A stretch of DNA of 63,543 bases, counting the filler, from Hyphochytrium catenoides (Eukaryota; Protista; Hyphochytriomycota), in NCBI GenBank assembly GCA_900088475.1. It is 16 parts of 16 records of this genome, joined end to end, with 100 filler letters (N's around TTAATTAATTAA, not from the genome) between each part and the next. Parts side by side here need not be neighbours in the genome. Positions count along the whole stretch, not along the records: positions 21,883 to 29,389 come from FLMG01004639.1; positions 29,490 to 35,743 come from FLMG01004081.1; positions 35,844 to 40,077 come from FLMG01000316.1; 13 more parts are not named here. One strand, given 5' to 3'. Numbering within the stretch: the first letter of the stretch is position 1; each line of letters begins with the position of its first letter. The notes beneath the pieces were generated by a model. The model had not been told where the DNA came from, searched no databases, and saw nothing but the letters and a program-made list of their open reading frames with translations. Positions 24,971 through 38,800 of this stretch are shown piece by piece. A program made the position numbers and the translations under genes.

Positions 24971-25786
24971 GCTCTCTCTCTCTACCTCTCTCTACCTCTT
25001 TCCCCATATCTTTTTGTCTCTTCGCTCTCTGTCTGAAGCATACTTTCCTTGCAAACCTCGTCCTTCTTCTCCTCCTACCCTTCGGAGCTTCTCCCTCCTC
25101 TACCACCATCTTCTCAAACCCTTCTTCTCCTTATTACGAGAAAAGAAAGAGAAGCCATCGGTGCTGGCTCCTCGAGGGCGGCGGCGGTACCCCTTCGCTC
25201 TCTTCTGTCTCTCTCCTTGCCATCCACTTCCTGTCCCGCACCAGCAGCCCGCTAGCTTGGCTCCTCTTTACCTAGGAAATGATACTGATGAAGGTGTCCC
25301 CGTCCCTTCTGCTGCAGGCGGAAAACTGCTGGCGGGGCGGGCGCGGGACAGTTTGCGGGCTGCAGCTGGAGAAGAGAAGAGAAAGCAGCGACATCCGATC
25401 GCTATCCGAGGCTTAGTGTCTCTCTCCAGTGGCTATAAGCGGCGGGCGGGGATGAGACAGCGGCGCTGCTGTTGACCAGACAAATAACTTGATATCGGGC
25501 TCTGTCTTCTCAATCTCTCTCTTTTTTCTGTCCTCTGTCTTTCTCTGCTGGCGAGGCTGTTGTTGCTGCTGTGCATAACCACCTTCTTATTATTGTCTCT
25601 CTCTTCTGTCCAGCGTCTCTCTCTTCTCTACGGTCTAGACGTTGCTCTCGTCGGATGACCGTCAGGCCGCCAGCAGACCATAAAAGAATGTGTTAGAGGG
25701 CACACTGGCGTGTTCGTAGAAGGGAGGACACAAAGGCTTTGCTCTTTCTCTTCCCGTTCGTTGTCTCGCGGACAGCAAAGGAACCA

Positions 25787-25848
<62 letters not shown>

Positions 25849-26102
25849 AAAAAAGAGAGAGAGAGAAGGGAGGGGTAGAGGAGAGAAGGAAGGGGTAGAG
25901 GAGAACCACAGAAAAAAGAGGAGCACCCTTTGAGCCTAAGAGGAAGGAGAAGCGAGAGCGACAGAAGCATCTGCTGACCAGAAGGAGTGAGAGATTTACT
26001 AGCCGACAGCATTATTACCAGGCAGCAGAAGACCGATAAGCAGGGGCAGGCGGAAAGAGAAAGAAGGAGAGAAGAGAAGAGAAGACGAGAGAAGAGAGAA
26101 CG

Positions 26103-26939
26103 ATGCCCAGGAAGCGGAATCTTCATAGAGCTGACTCAGAGGAGTACGTCCAACGGAAGAAATCTATGCACAATGACAGGGAAAAGAGACGTGTCCGCGG
26201 CATCTCTGCAGCCTTTGGCATTCTCCGCCGGCAGCTGGCACTGCTGGGCTATGGAGATCATCACCGCAGCCAGCTCGCTGTCCTTGGGAAGACCTTAGAG
26301 ATGGTGCAGGATATGTCCTACACCATCGAACTTCTGCATAACAAGATCTCGACATTAGCTGCAGCAGGAGAGACAGCAGCAGTAACGCCTTTTTACGGTT
26401 CGTCTCTTCCTCCTCTCGTCCTGGTCAACGAAGAGGCCCCGCCGCAGGTGAAAAGAGTAAGAAGAGCTGAGAGGCTCTGCAGCCATGCGATCAGTGCCGG
26501 AGAGACGGGAGAAGCAGAGAGAACAGAGACTTATCCGCAGCTCTTGGCTCCTCTTCCTTTGTCTTCCATGAGCGGCGCAGCAGCAGCAGTGAATCTATCC
26601 ACCAAGAGCAGCCCTTTTACCGAGCAATATCTCTCCGCGGCAGCACCTGATGCAGCCCTAGACTCAACGACGGTTATGAGCCTTCTTCCCTTAGAGACGG
26701 AGTGTCTCTCTTCTTCCCTAACAAGAGGCTCTCAGGCAGGACAACAAGCGGCCGCGGATGCTGTGGCGGCAGCACAAGCGCTGACGTTTGTCCCTTCGTA
26801 TGCTGAGATGCCTGAGGTAATGTTAAGAGCAAGCAGGGACCATCATCGAAACGGAATCCCGTTCTTCTCTCCTTCAACGTCAACAGAAACTCTTTGCAGC
26901 ATCTCGGAGTCTCTCTCTCTCTCCTCTTTGCCTATATGA
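26103..26939 (+). CDS. bHLH transcription factor (N-terminal bHLH, low-complexity C-terminus)
   Basis: RKKSMHNDREKRRVRGISAAFGILRRQL-loop-SQLAVLGKTLEMVQDM; 278-aa non-microsatellite ORF. Confidence 0.8.
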   Translation: MPRKRNLHRADSEEYVQRKKSMHNDREKRRVRGISAAFGILRRQLALLGYGDHHRSQLAVLGKTLEMVQDMSYTIELLHNKISTLAAAGETAAVTPFYGSSLPPLVLVNEEAPPQVKRVRRAERLCSHAISAGETGEAERTETYPQLLAPLPLSSMSGAAAAVNLSTKSSPFTEQYLSAAAPDAALDSTTVMSLLPLETECLSSSLTRGSQAGQQAAADAVAAAQALTFVPSYAEMPEVMLRASRDHHRNGIPFFSPSTSTETLCSISESLSLSSLPI

Positions 26940-27530
26940 AGGGTTAGCTGATGGATGGAGCGCCGAGTCTTCCCCTGGAGGAGAAACAGAGGAGAGAGAG
27001 AGAAACAGAGGAGAGACCGAGAGGGAAGAGATAGCATTATGGAGAAAAGCCGTACACAGAGAGTGGACGGTAGAGAAAGAAGAGAAAGCGAACGAGTCTT
27101 GAGAGAGAGGAAAGAATAGACGAAAGCACATCGAGCTCAATAAATATGCCGTCAATCTCTCCGTTTCTCTCTCCCACATCTTTCTCCATCCGAGCCTTTC
27201 CATGCCAATCCTCTCTCTCTTCTCTGTGTTCTCTACGCACTCATACAAGCCTCGCGCTTACTCCTTGCCATCAATCCTCCCATCCTTGATGCTTCCTCTA
27301 CTATCCCTTTGCCCTAGGCTACTGCTCACTTCTATTCTCTCTCCTCTCTCTTTTCTCCTTCTCTGTCTATCTCTCGCTCGCCGCTTTCTTCTCTACTCAG
27401 GAGCAAAGTGAGGAATTTAGAAGGTCCATACGACTGAAGAACGGGGAGAGGGAGGGAGAAGACAAAGAAGGACAGCAGACTTTTGAAGTGTTTGCCCTTT
27501 ATAAAACCTTTTTCTTTCGTAAGGTCTCTC

Positions 27531-27574
<44 letters not shown>

Positions 27575-27616
27575 GATGGCGCCCTCCCTCTGCGGGTCTA
27601 ATAGCTCTCCTTCCCT

Positions 27617-28372
27617 CTATCCTTCCTCCCGCTCTAACAGTGCCATACCTCTCGGAGCCACCTTGAGCTTGCTGGGGATAACGCTCTCTCCGTCCTTTAC
27701 AGACAGAGACTCTCCTCCGAATAAGACGCGGTATTTCCCTTTCGCCTCCTCTTCTAGCGAAGAGAGAGAGAGAGCTTCTCTGGCCGTGTTTACCACGACC
27801 AGAACGGAAGAAGAAGAGACATCTTCCTTGCTGTCATCAACCTTTCTTCTCTTTCCTCTTCCTCTCTGACGTTGTTGTCTCTCTCTCTCCCTTGCCCTTT
27901 CTTCTCTCGTTATCTCTCTTCTATATACTAGTAGCCCTTCATGAGGAGAGGACTCTGAAGAGTGAGAGGAGAGAGAGAGGAGAATCTGGCAGTCACCTCT
28001 ACGGAGTGCTGCAGTTTTCCCTCTCAATCTTAGCAGAGTCCGATAGAAATCAAAGGTCTCCTTCCTCTCCGCCGTAAGTGCTGGTTGCCTAGCTTGTACT
28101 TCCTCCTCCTCCTTTCTCTTCTTCGGATGTCGCCGCAGTCCTCTCTCCTTTTCTCTTTCTCCTTCCTTCTCACGATCTATCTCGTCTCTTTCTCTGTCTT
28201 CAACCCATGGAAAAGCTTCTCTGCAGTCTGGATCCGTGTTGGTACTGAGTCCGAGCTCGTCACCATAGTAAACGCAGGGAGCTCCTAAAGGAAGAGATTA
28301 ATGACGGACGAGAGCCACGATGAGGTGAGACAGATTGAAAGATGCAAGTACAAAAGACACACACACACACAC

Positions 28373-28431
<59 letters not shown>

Positions 28432-29389
28432 CAAACAAGGGTAGGATCGTAGAGTTGCCAAATAAGGAAATTGCGGTTAGAAAAAGAAGAGAGTCAAGCG
28501 CAGATTGTTAGAAAGCAACCCTGTTCGTGGAGAAGAATAATGGACTATCAAGGACTAAAAATGAGCCTTCACCATCTTTCTCTCTTCCACTCTCTCACCC
28601 TCTGTCTCGTTCTGTCTCTCCTACGCCCTTCCTCCTGCGCTGTCTCCTCACCTGGCAGTGTCATCTGCATGAAAACCAGCTGCTTCAATCTCGCTATCCC
28701 TCTCTTTCTCTCCTCTGCGTCCTTCTTTTTTTCTCTTTCTTGTCTTCCTCCTTCTCCTGCTGCCACATATGCGACCCTAGCCGTGTCATGAGAGCCTAAC
28801 AAGTTCATCTGCGCGCTCCAGACCTTCTTCCCATACTTTCTCTCTGACTCCAGAAGATATTGCGCCATCTCTGAGGGAGAGAGAGGCTCCCACCGGTGGT
28901 GGCGGTGCTGATGGCGATACTCTTCGGGCAGCTCTGACCCTAAAATAAATCGGAAGAGTCGCCTTTGAAGAGAATAGTTGGTCACGCCATCGAAGCGACT
29001 GCCGGAGAGCCACTCGGTGCAGTCATCAGACCAAATCTCTCCCACGATATAAGCTAAAGATAGCGGCGATGTGTATGGAGGCGAGAGGTAACAAGAGAGA
29101 GGTAGTACAAGCGGAGAGATGAGAGAGAGAGAAAGAGATGACACAGAGAAAGAGGGGAAAGGAGAGGGAGAGATGTGAGAAGAGGGAGAGAGGAAAAAAA
29201 GAAACAGCCGCATTGCAGGAGGACCAACAGGAGAACGACATGAAGGAAAAGTGGCTTTAAACGTGGGGAAGACAAAGAGAAAGGCAATAAAGCGGGAAGC
29301 CCATTTTGTTCAAGCTCGAATAAGCTATGTGTCAACCTCTCTCCTTTCTCAGAGACGTGCACCATCGAACTCCGCTCTCTCTCTCTCTC
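27617..29389 (-). CDS. GH13 neopullulanase/cyclomaltodextrinase-like alpha-amylase, C-terminal half; exons >29389-29363, 29053-28652, 28284-27617
   Basis: DAYIVGEIW (acid/base Glu), [17 protein letters not shown] (conserved His-Asp), [31 protein letters not shown]. Confidence 0.92.
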
Positions 29390-29500
29390 NNNNNNNNNNN
29401 NNNNNNNNNNNNNNNNNNNNNNNNNNNNNNNNNTTAATTAATTAANNNNNNNNNNNNNNNNNNNNNNNNNNNNNNNNNNNNNNNNNNNNCAAGAGTAAGG

Positions 29501-29548
<48 letters not shown>

Positions 29549-29947
29549 AGGCTCTACGATTTAGAATGTGAAGAAAGAAAGAGTCCGTCTGAAAAAGAGA
29601 AGTTGCCCCAATGCCAACCAGGAGCGCAGACCACTTAATGGACCATCAACCGGAGAGAGAAAGAGAGAGACAGACAGACAGACAGAGGGAGAGAGAGAGA
29701 AAGAGAATCGAGAAAAAGAAGAGAGAGAGGCCGACAGAGACTTTCTTTCTCTTCAGTTAATTAAAGAGAGAAGCTTCAGTCAGTTGGACACCAGTGAATG
29801 ACGGCGATGTAAGGATAGGGCAGGCCAGGCCGTGGTGGGCGGCAGAAGCGGTCTCTCTCTCTCTTTCCTTTCCTGACAGCGCTTCACACAACCACCAATG
29901 CAGGGGGGCCAGGGGAGAAAGAGACCAGAGAGACAAGAAAGAGAGAA

Positions 29948-30012
<65 letters not shown>

Positions 30013-30407
30013 CTGTGTGAGACGAGGCTTTGCTATTGAGGAGGAGCGCTGACGGGTCCTGTTTGTCCGCCCTCAACTTGGAGAGAGAAGAGCTGGAGGA
30101 AGCATTACAAAGGAGAGAAAGAGAGAAAGGGCGGAGAGAGAGAGAGAGAGAGAGAGAGACGAGTGAGGAGAGAGAGAGAGACCGAGAGATATAGAGGTGG
30201 GGAGAGAGAACGAGGCATAGGCAAAAGGAAGAGTGAAGAGTGAAAGAGGTCGGAACAAGATAGAGAGAGTAGAAAGGGCAAGAGAAACCTACACAGTGAA
30301 AAAAGGCAGAGGCATAAAGAGAAAGAGAGGAAAAAGAGAGAGAAAAAGAGAGAGAAGAAGAGAGAGAAAGAGAGAGAGAGAAAAAGAGAGAGAGAGAGAA
30401 AGAAAGA

Positions 30408-30441
<34 letters not shown>

Positions 30442-30471
30442 AGAGAGAGAGAAAAAAAGAGAAAACTGAGA

Positions 30472-30506
<35 letters not shown>

Positions 30507-30547
30507 AAGAGAGAGAAAGAGAGAGAAAGAGAGAGAAAGAGAGAGAA

Positions 30548-30597
<50 letters not shown>

Positions 30598-30973
30598 GAG
30601 ACAGAGACAGAGAGCACCAGGGTAGAATCCAAATCGGGGGCCCCTCGAAAAACACACAGAAACGCACAAGGAACCCCCACATCCTAGGTGAACGGCGCTT
30701 CTACATGACAAGTATCACGAATAGAGCCAGGTGTGTACCCTCACTATATACAGGTAGCCGACGGAAGAGTATGCCCCGCAGGATCCTTCCTTGTGAAGCG
30801 CCAGTGCGAGTGCGAGCAACGTCCGCAATGCCAGGAGAAGGGAAGAGAAATGAAGAGAAGAGAAGAGAGAGACGTAAAGGAAGGTGGGAAGAGAGACAGA
30901 CAGCAGACGGAGATCAGCGCTTTCTCATTCATCAAGAAGAGGACGAAGACAACGAGGAGATTGATGGAAGAGT

Positions 30974-31007
<34 letters not shown>

Positions 31008-31569
31008 CAGAGAAAGAGAGAGATGAAGAAATTGACACCAATCATCGAAGGTCGAACTCATACTATGAGGTCCTGACCAGAGAGAGACTGCGAGTAAGAG
31101 AGAAGGAGAGAGAGAGAGAGAGAGAGAGACAATGAGGGTAGATAGCCAAGAGAAGGACGACGAAAGGGCGAACGGAAGGAGAAGAGGAGAAGCTCTTGAC
31201 TTCCTGGCAGGAACAGCGTGTTCAACCTCCACTTCAAACTCTTTATCAACCCCACGCAGCGGACAGGTCCATTTCTTCTCCTCTACTCGTGCGATAAAGG
31301 AAAGGGAAGAGAGAAAAGCCGTCAGAAGAAAATGGAGGAGGGAAGAGAGAGAGAGAGACAGACAGAGAAAGGAGATTAAGGGTGCCTGGCGACATGGCTG
31401 CGGACAGGCCAGGAGACTTTTTCAAGATCTTTCGTGACATCTCCTTCTCTCCCTCAAAAGGTGTATTCATGCTCTTTCTTTCTCTCTCTCTCTCTCTCTC
31501 TTTACCTGCTTCTCCTCCGGCCACTTGTACCTTACCTCATACATGACTTCAAAATGAAAGAGAGAGAGA

Positions 31570-31611
<42 letters not shown>

Positions 31612-31844
31612 TGGTCTCTTATCAATAAATGAATTAGCAGGATACCGAGATTTCAGCCAGTCGCTGAGATAAAGGACTGTGGACGACGCTTCCTCTTTCA
31701 AGTCTGCCTTTCTCTCTCTCTCTTTCTCTCCACAAAGTGTCGGACGCTTGACATCTGCTGCAGGAATTCCTGCCCCTGAGTGTTTAAGATGCTCCTCTCT
31801 CTCTCTCTTTCTTTCTTTCTTTCTCTCTCTCTCTCTCTCTCTGG

Positions 31845-32480
31845 CTAGCCCATCCTCATGACCTGCGCTGGCGGCACGATGAGCTCATCGTTGACTGGAG
31901 ACATCAAATAATTACTGAGAAGACGCCTGAGCTCGGCATTCTGGTCACTTAGAGCTTTCACCTGGACGACGAAGAAGAGAAGAAGAAGAGAAGAGAGAGA
32001 GAGAGGGAGCTTTAAGATGGACAGCGCACATCAGGAGACAAAGAGGAGAAAGAGAGCAAGAGAGAGAGAGAGAGGTAGAGAGAGAGCAAGAGAGAGAGAG
32101 AGAAGAGAGAGAGAGCACATACCTCGTGTACGAGCTCTTGTCTCTGAGAGAGGACCTCGTTGTATTGCGATAAGCCCTTCTCCAGGCCACGCCAGACTCG
32201 AACTGCGGTGGGCGAGAGAGTTGCATGAGGAGGAGAAAAGGAAGGCCGGAAGGAATCGACGAGAGAAAGAGGGAGAGAGGAGAGAAGCACGTAAGTTTTA
32301 CGTGCGAGACTGGAGAGAAGACAAGAGGATGCGAGCCAAGTCCGGCATAGTTCGCTCTATGGCCATAGAGAGAGAAGAGGGGTTTTGAAAGAGAGAAAAA
32401 GAGAGTGACAGATAGAAGACGAGAGAGGACAGAGACAGAATAGAGAAAAAAAAAGAGGAAGCGAGAAGAGAGAGAAAAAA

Positions 32481-32511
<31 letters not shown>

Positions 32512-33226
32512 GAGAGATGCCGAGAGAGAGTTCTACGAAAATGGAGAGTCTTACTTGTTTGCTCGGGCACCACGTTACTCATCACCTTCCAGAATGCCCT
32601 CTCTTTCTCTCTTGCTCTTTCTCTGTGCTTCTCCATCTCCCGCACATCCAGAAGAGAGCCGCCCGTGGGAGAAACAACAGCTCCTTCTCTCTCTCTCTTC
32701 TCCTCCACGAATGCTTTCATGTTCTCTATGATCTTATCCGGATCCAAGGTCTTGACGTGATGCTCTATGTCCGAGTCTTTCAAAAAGAACGGATCCTGCT
32801 CCTCCGGAAAGAAGAAGCTAACATACAGAGAGAGAGAGAGAGACAGAGAGAGAGAAGTGAGAGGAGGGATGGTGATGGCCATATGTAAAGCTGTGTGGAT
32901 GTGAAAGACAGAGAGAGAAAGAGAGAGCGGAAGAGAGAAAGAAAGAAGGTATTGCGGGGATAAAAGAGAAATGACAGAGATGTGACCCAGAAGGGAAAGA
33001 TAGGTCCACAAGCAGAAAGAGAGGAAAGAGGTAAGAACAGACAGCGAGTGAAAGAGGTGTAAGAAAACTATGCGAGAAAGAGAGAGAGAGAGAGAGAGAG
33101 AAATGAAAGTACCTCATGATCCTCTTTAGATCCTTCTCTGTCTTGACGCCGATGGTTCTCAGGATGACATCTGCCTCTAGCAGCAGAGCCTTGTCCTCAG
33201 TTATATCCTTCACGCGGTCCCGCAGC

Positions 33227-33276
<50 letters not shown>

Positions 33277-33560
33277 ACCGGCACAGATTTAGGGAGAGAA
33301 AAAAGCAAGCCGAAGGAGAGAGAAAGGAAGAAAGGCACAGAGAAGGAGAAGAACAGAGAAGTAACGAGGTATGAGTAAGAGAAATCAAAGAACGAGAGGA
33401 ATTAAGAGAACACGCGAAAGACTCTCTTCATCAATCACTAACAGTCTCTCCTTTCTGTTCCCTAATCATCCTATTCCCTCTCTCTACCTCTTATGGGTCT
33501 CCGCAAAGGTTCTTCTCATCTGTGCCGTCCTCTCTCTCTGTAGCTCTTACTCTTTCTCTC

Positions 33561-33592
<32 letters not shown>

Positions 33593-33854
33593 ACTCCATT
33601 CTCTTACCTCTTTATCCATGAGAAAGGCAGCTTCTTTGACGATGATCTTCAGCATCGCCTTCAATTTTGGGTAGGAGATGCTCCCGCCTCCCGCTCGTGA
33701 AGAGACACTGAACTCTGGCGCCTCCTCGTCTCCTTCTCCATTGCTATGCGAGACAGCTAAAGGGGAGAGAGAGAGAGAGAAAGAGCGAGAGAGAGATAGA
33801 GAGAGAGAGAGATAGAGAGATAGAGAGATAGAGAGATAGAGTTAGAAATTCACT

Positions 33855-33915
<61 letters not shown>

Positions 33916-34780
33916 CACCAAAAGAAAGGAGACAGCGCTTACGTGTTTGCTTGTCTGTGACTGCGAGCTCAAGAAGAGACTTGGAAGGAGGAAGCCAGCG
34001 CCATCCTAACTGCTGCTCGTGGATGATCTGATCCGCCTGAAGCAGCTTCTGGACCTGTGAAAAGAGAGAGAGAGAGAAAGAGAGAAAGAGAGAAAGAGAG
34101 AGAGAGAGAGAAAAAAAAAGAGAGAGACAGAGAGAGCGAAAGCAGAATACTGGTCAACCGCGCAGCCACCGACGGGTAAGCATGTATCTCCTCGTTCCTG
34201 ATGTTCCCCTTTGCCCTCTTGCTTTGTTCTCTCTCTCTCTTTCTCTCTCTTTGTCTTCTCTCTCTCTCTCTCCCATCTCTCTCCTTTCTCTCGTGATCAT
34301 CGCTGCTCTCTCCGCGGTTCTACCTGCGCCATAACCTCGTCCTCGTGCATCTTCCAAACCTCCAGGAATCTGCGGCTGTCCAAGAGCTCAAAGTGATGAA
34401 ACTTCTCTTGCATATCCTTATACCTAAGGAAGAGTCACGGAAGAGGAAGAAGTGAGGAAGAGAGAGAGAGCGTGACATATAGAAATGAACGACGGGGCGA
34501 GAAAGAGAAAGAGGGAAACGGAGAGAGAGAGACGGAGAAAGTGGGAGAGAGACAGGGCGACACGGCACTGATACACGGTGATCAGCCAGTACACCAGCCA
34601 GAATGACCTAACTAACAACCAAGGCGAGTCAAACGAGAGAGAGAGAGAGAGAGAGAAAGAGGGAGAGAGGGAAGGAGAGAAAGAGAAAGAAAGAGGGATA
34701 TAAAAGGAGAAATTAGAGAAAAGGCCAGACAAACAGGCGGAGAGAGAGAGAATAGGGAGAAAGGAGGGAAGAAGACAAAC

Positions 34781-34814
<34 letters not shown>

Positions 34815-35001
34815 CCTGTCGTTAAGAGTGAGGTTACGGTTCGTACTGCTTAGTAATCTTCCTATATTCTTCCGTCAATTCCTGATTTCTCTGCTTCTCA
34901 CTGCTGTCAGTCGCCGCGTATTTGGCCTTCAGTTGAGAGAGTGTGTCCTTGAGTCTGTGAACCAAGAGGAATGAGTAAGGCAAAGAGGATGAGGGAGAGG
35001 A

Positions 35002-35048
<47 letters not shown>

Positions 35049-35169
35049 AGCGAGAAAAAGAAAGAGAAAGAGAGAGAAAGAGAAAGCGAGAGAGAGAGTG
35101 AGAGTGAGAGCGAGAGAGAGCAACTGCGAGTGCGAGAGAAAGAGAGACAGAACCAGCGAGAGGAAAAAG

Positions 35170-35213
<44 letters not shown>

Positions 35214-35621
35214 AGAGAGAGAGAGAGAGAGGAGAGAGACCCAAGTGGCTATAGAGTTGTCACCTATTGAGCTTCCTCTTCTGCTGTGCGAGTGTGGCAT
35301 TATTCTCCATATCTCTCTCCGTCAACACGCGGTAATTATACTCTAGCTTCTCAGTGTTCAGCTGGTACGTCACGCGCATCTGAAACAAGCAGAGAGGAGA
35401 GAGAGAAAGAGGGAATAGATCAATATCAGCGAGCAAGAGAGACACAGACGCGTATACAAGGAGAAAGAGGAAGAGAGAGAGAGAGAGAGAGAGACAAAGA
35501 GAGGGGGAGAGAGAGAAAGAAACAAAGGGAGAGACGGGAAGCGGAGCAGTGACAAAGGTAGATATGCTCACAAGGCAGAAACTGCGAGAGAAGACGAGGA
35601 AAGAAAAGAAGGCGCGCGGGC

Positions 35622-35652
<31 letters not shown>

Positions 35653-35743
35653 CAAAAAAGTGAGAGAGGGAAAAATGGCGGGAAGAAAGAAGAAGAACAC
35701 CAAGGTACCTCTTCAAGCTGTTGCTCCAATAACTGAATGTCGT
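31845..35743 (-). CDS. DRC1: Dynein regulatory complex subunit 1 (CCDC164), 5'-partial, ~10 exons
   Basis: Spliced frame: DIQLLEQQLEE|MRVTYQLNTEKLEYNYRVLTERDMEN, LTEEYRKITKQYKDMQEKFHHF, ADQIIHEQQLGWRW, VWRGLEKGLSQYNEVL, QNAELRRLLSNYLMSPVNDELIVPP. Confidence 0.93.
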
Positions 35744-35843
35744 NNNNNNNNNNNNNNNNNNNNNNNNNNNNNNNNNNNNNNNNNNNNTTAATTAATTAAN
35801 NNNNNNNNNNNNNNNNNNNNNNNNNNNNNNNNNNNNNNNNNNN

Positions 35844-38800
35844 ATTCTATCTCTACCCCTTTTCCCTCTCGTGTGAAGTCCTGGTACAAGTTATTCTCTT
35901 TCTAAACCATAAGCTTACTACCTGTATTAGAAAGATCTCTTTTACTTTTATAAGCCTTAGTTCACTTAGGGATCTCTTCATAAGAATTGTTCTTCATTAT
36001 AATACCGTCGACAACATTACTCACCACCAAAGGGCTACTTTTTCTGAGCCGGTATGGCTCTCTTTCCTCTTCCACCCTTTGCTGCTTGAATGATACTTCT
36101 TCACGATATTCATAAACTGCTGATTTTAGGGAGATAGAATTTATTAACTATAGAGGATATGTGCAAGGGAGGAGAAAACAAAGGGGGGAGGAAGGGGGAA
36201 CAACGCTTTTGTTAGTTGTTGTTGGTGAGCTCACGGCATCATCAAACAGATAGCATAAAGTGCTTTCCTGACATCAATCTCTAAAAATCTCTAAAAATAA
36301 CAAAGGAGAGGAGAGGAGGTCCGTTGTTGAAGTTTGCAGCAGCAGCGCACAGGCGAAGCACCGTTCTTCATCAGCAACCAAGGGAGATTCCGGCAGAAGA
36401 GGTCGTAATAAGAATAATGTAGCCGGGTCTTTACCTACTCTATATCCTGATGGAGCGAGGACGAGGCCTGATAATGACAACTGTAGAAAGAGAGCAAAGC
36501 GAATCATGATGATGATGTCTGCCTTCCACGAACCGTTGGGGGAAAGACGAACGCCGATTGTTAATCTCCTCACGGCTCGCAGTCATCTTCTTCACAAGCC
36601 TCCCTCTTCTTCACATTGCGTCCACCAGTCATCTCCTAGTAGTAGGCAAAATTTTCTTTCGTCCGCTGCGACAGGAAGCTTCTTACTTCGCGACTGCACT
36701 GCAGCAGTATCTATCCTTTTCTCAATAGCCTTCGTTCCTGGAACGGCAAGATGGAAAGAAGGCATCGACAAATAGAACATGAATTATTCTTTTGCCCTAT
36801 CATTCGCTCATGTTCGTCACATTTTTTCCGACCTACGAAAAGAAACTTGACTACATGCTGCGGTAAGGTTGAAGTCGTCAGTCCGACACTTTCTCTCCAT
36901 TATCATGGAAAATTGTCCTGATGCTTAGGCAGTGCTTGAACCCGGTGCTGACGTAGAAAAGGACTACACATAGGTATCAACCACTAGAGGAGCTGACAGG
37001 GCGAGGTGATTCCTCATTTATCCACATCTCTCATGCTGCCTTGTCGAGATGGTGCTGATAATGAGAGGACGAAGACTACGAAGGTGTTCCTTTTTGCTTA
37101 TACATATAAAAAAACCGTGATATTGCTTGCTGCTGGGAGAAAACCGTTCACTTCAGTCCTGCTTGTGCGAGCTTAAAGCTTATTGATCATATCATGGCAT
37201 GATACAGCTGCACATCAGTGTCAGTCACCAGATCCTACAGCAAGAGCCCTAATCAAGATCAGGACGATTGCTCTATCTAGAGCCGTATCGCATGCAGCAA
37301 GAACAGACTAAGCAACAAATACACCTTCCTTTTCTTATGGTGAGCCCACAGACGCTCCTGTCATAATTCCTGTGTTCAGTGGTGCGTGCACCTGCAAAAT
37401 AGTAGTAGCTGATTCCAGCTATCACCCCTCGTAAATAAACATGACCCAGAACGTGCTAGAAAACGAAAAAGGAAAAACTCCTCTCTCCAAACCGGCGTCG
37501 GAGCATCATCATCCTGACGTGATAGTTGTGGCTTCGTCTTCCACGGTTTCTAGTGATGCATCTATGCCCAACTTTCAACTCTGTATACGTCTTCCTATCG
37601 ACCGACGCATGCTGTCATGGCGGCATTCCTCTCAATCATAAGTATCTTTCCATCATACGACGACGGGCTCGCCGCAGAAACTATATATAAACTAGAAGAG
37701 GAAGCTCTGAAGACCTCTTAGCCGACGATAGATATACTCTGGACTATAACTAAGCATCTCAAACGGAGGAAGGAGGAACTGCTTTAGCTTTCACCATCGG
37801 CCCATCATCCCCCCACCACCGCGTCTTCTAAATAATGAATCGAAGGTTATCAAATCACTCGCGCCGCGGTGGTCAGCAAGAGTGGAGCCACTGAGCTATG
37901 GTAATAGCGGTTGCCCGGTTGATGAGCTGAGCGGTTAAACTCCTTTCCACAGATATAGTTCCTTCACTGAGATGCATGTGTTTGTCCGAGCCGCCCAGCC
38001 CTCCATTCTTCTCCTTTTTTGTGCTCACTATTATCTGTTTCAAGGACACCACCACATGCTACCGGTGAAACATCATGATGACGTGCCTGTGGGCACTACT
38101 CATTAGCCTCGTCATCTTCGTGCATTCAACAATCTACTTCTCCTTCTGATGATGTGTACGAGTATGTTTGGTGCAGTCAATCTCACAGGAGAGACAAAAG
38201 GCCTTTACTCTACACGAAAGATGGAGCTCATACTGAGCAACAACAAGGTTGACTATCGTAGGAGGGCAGACGAATCTCGGCTCAGAGAAGATGCGGTTTT
38301 GAGGTCAGACGCGATAATATTGAGGAAAAATCCTATGTCTATTCATCGTTCCTTGTTTTTTGAACAGTAGCTACTCCTAGTCGCTCCTGAATACTCACTT
38401 GATAAAAGGGCCAGGTCGCGGAAGAACTATTGATAGAAGCTTCATCTTTCGTACACTATGCATTGAGATTAACACGGCTGTGGGATCTCTTATAAAGAAG
38501 GCGGCGGATACATACTCATTTATGTGACTAGATCTTTGTTGAATGGTGCGCCATTTATCATCATCATCTTTCGTTGTTCTTTCTTCTTGAGCCACGTGGG
38601 TGCCAAGACATACAGGGACGGTAGTAACGCAAGGATGATGATTGGTGGCGATGTCCGTACAGAAGCCGACAGATTATAGAACTATGATTGAGCTCCTCAA
38701 CATTTTTATTTCCCTCCTTCTTCGTGACTCCGGCAGCTTCCAAGAAGAAGAAGAGAGGGCGGGCATCCTCCTACCTCCAGCCACCACGCACCACCAAAGA

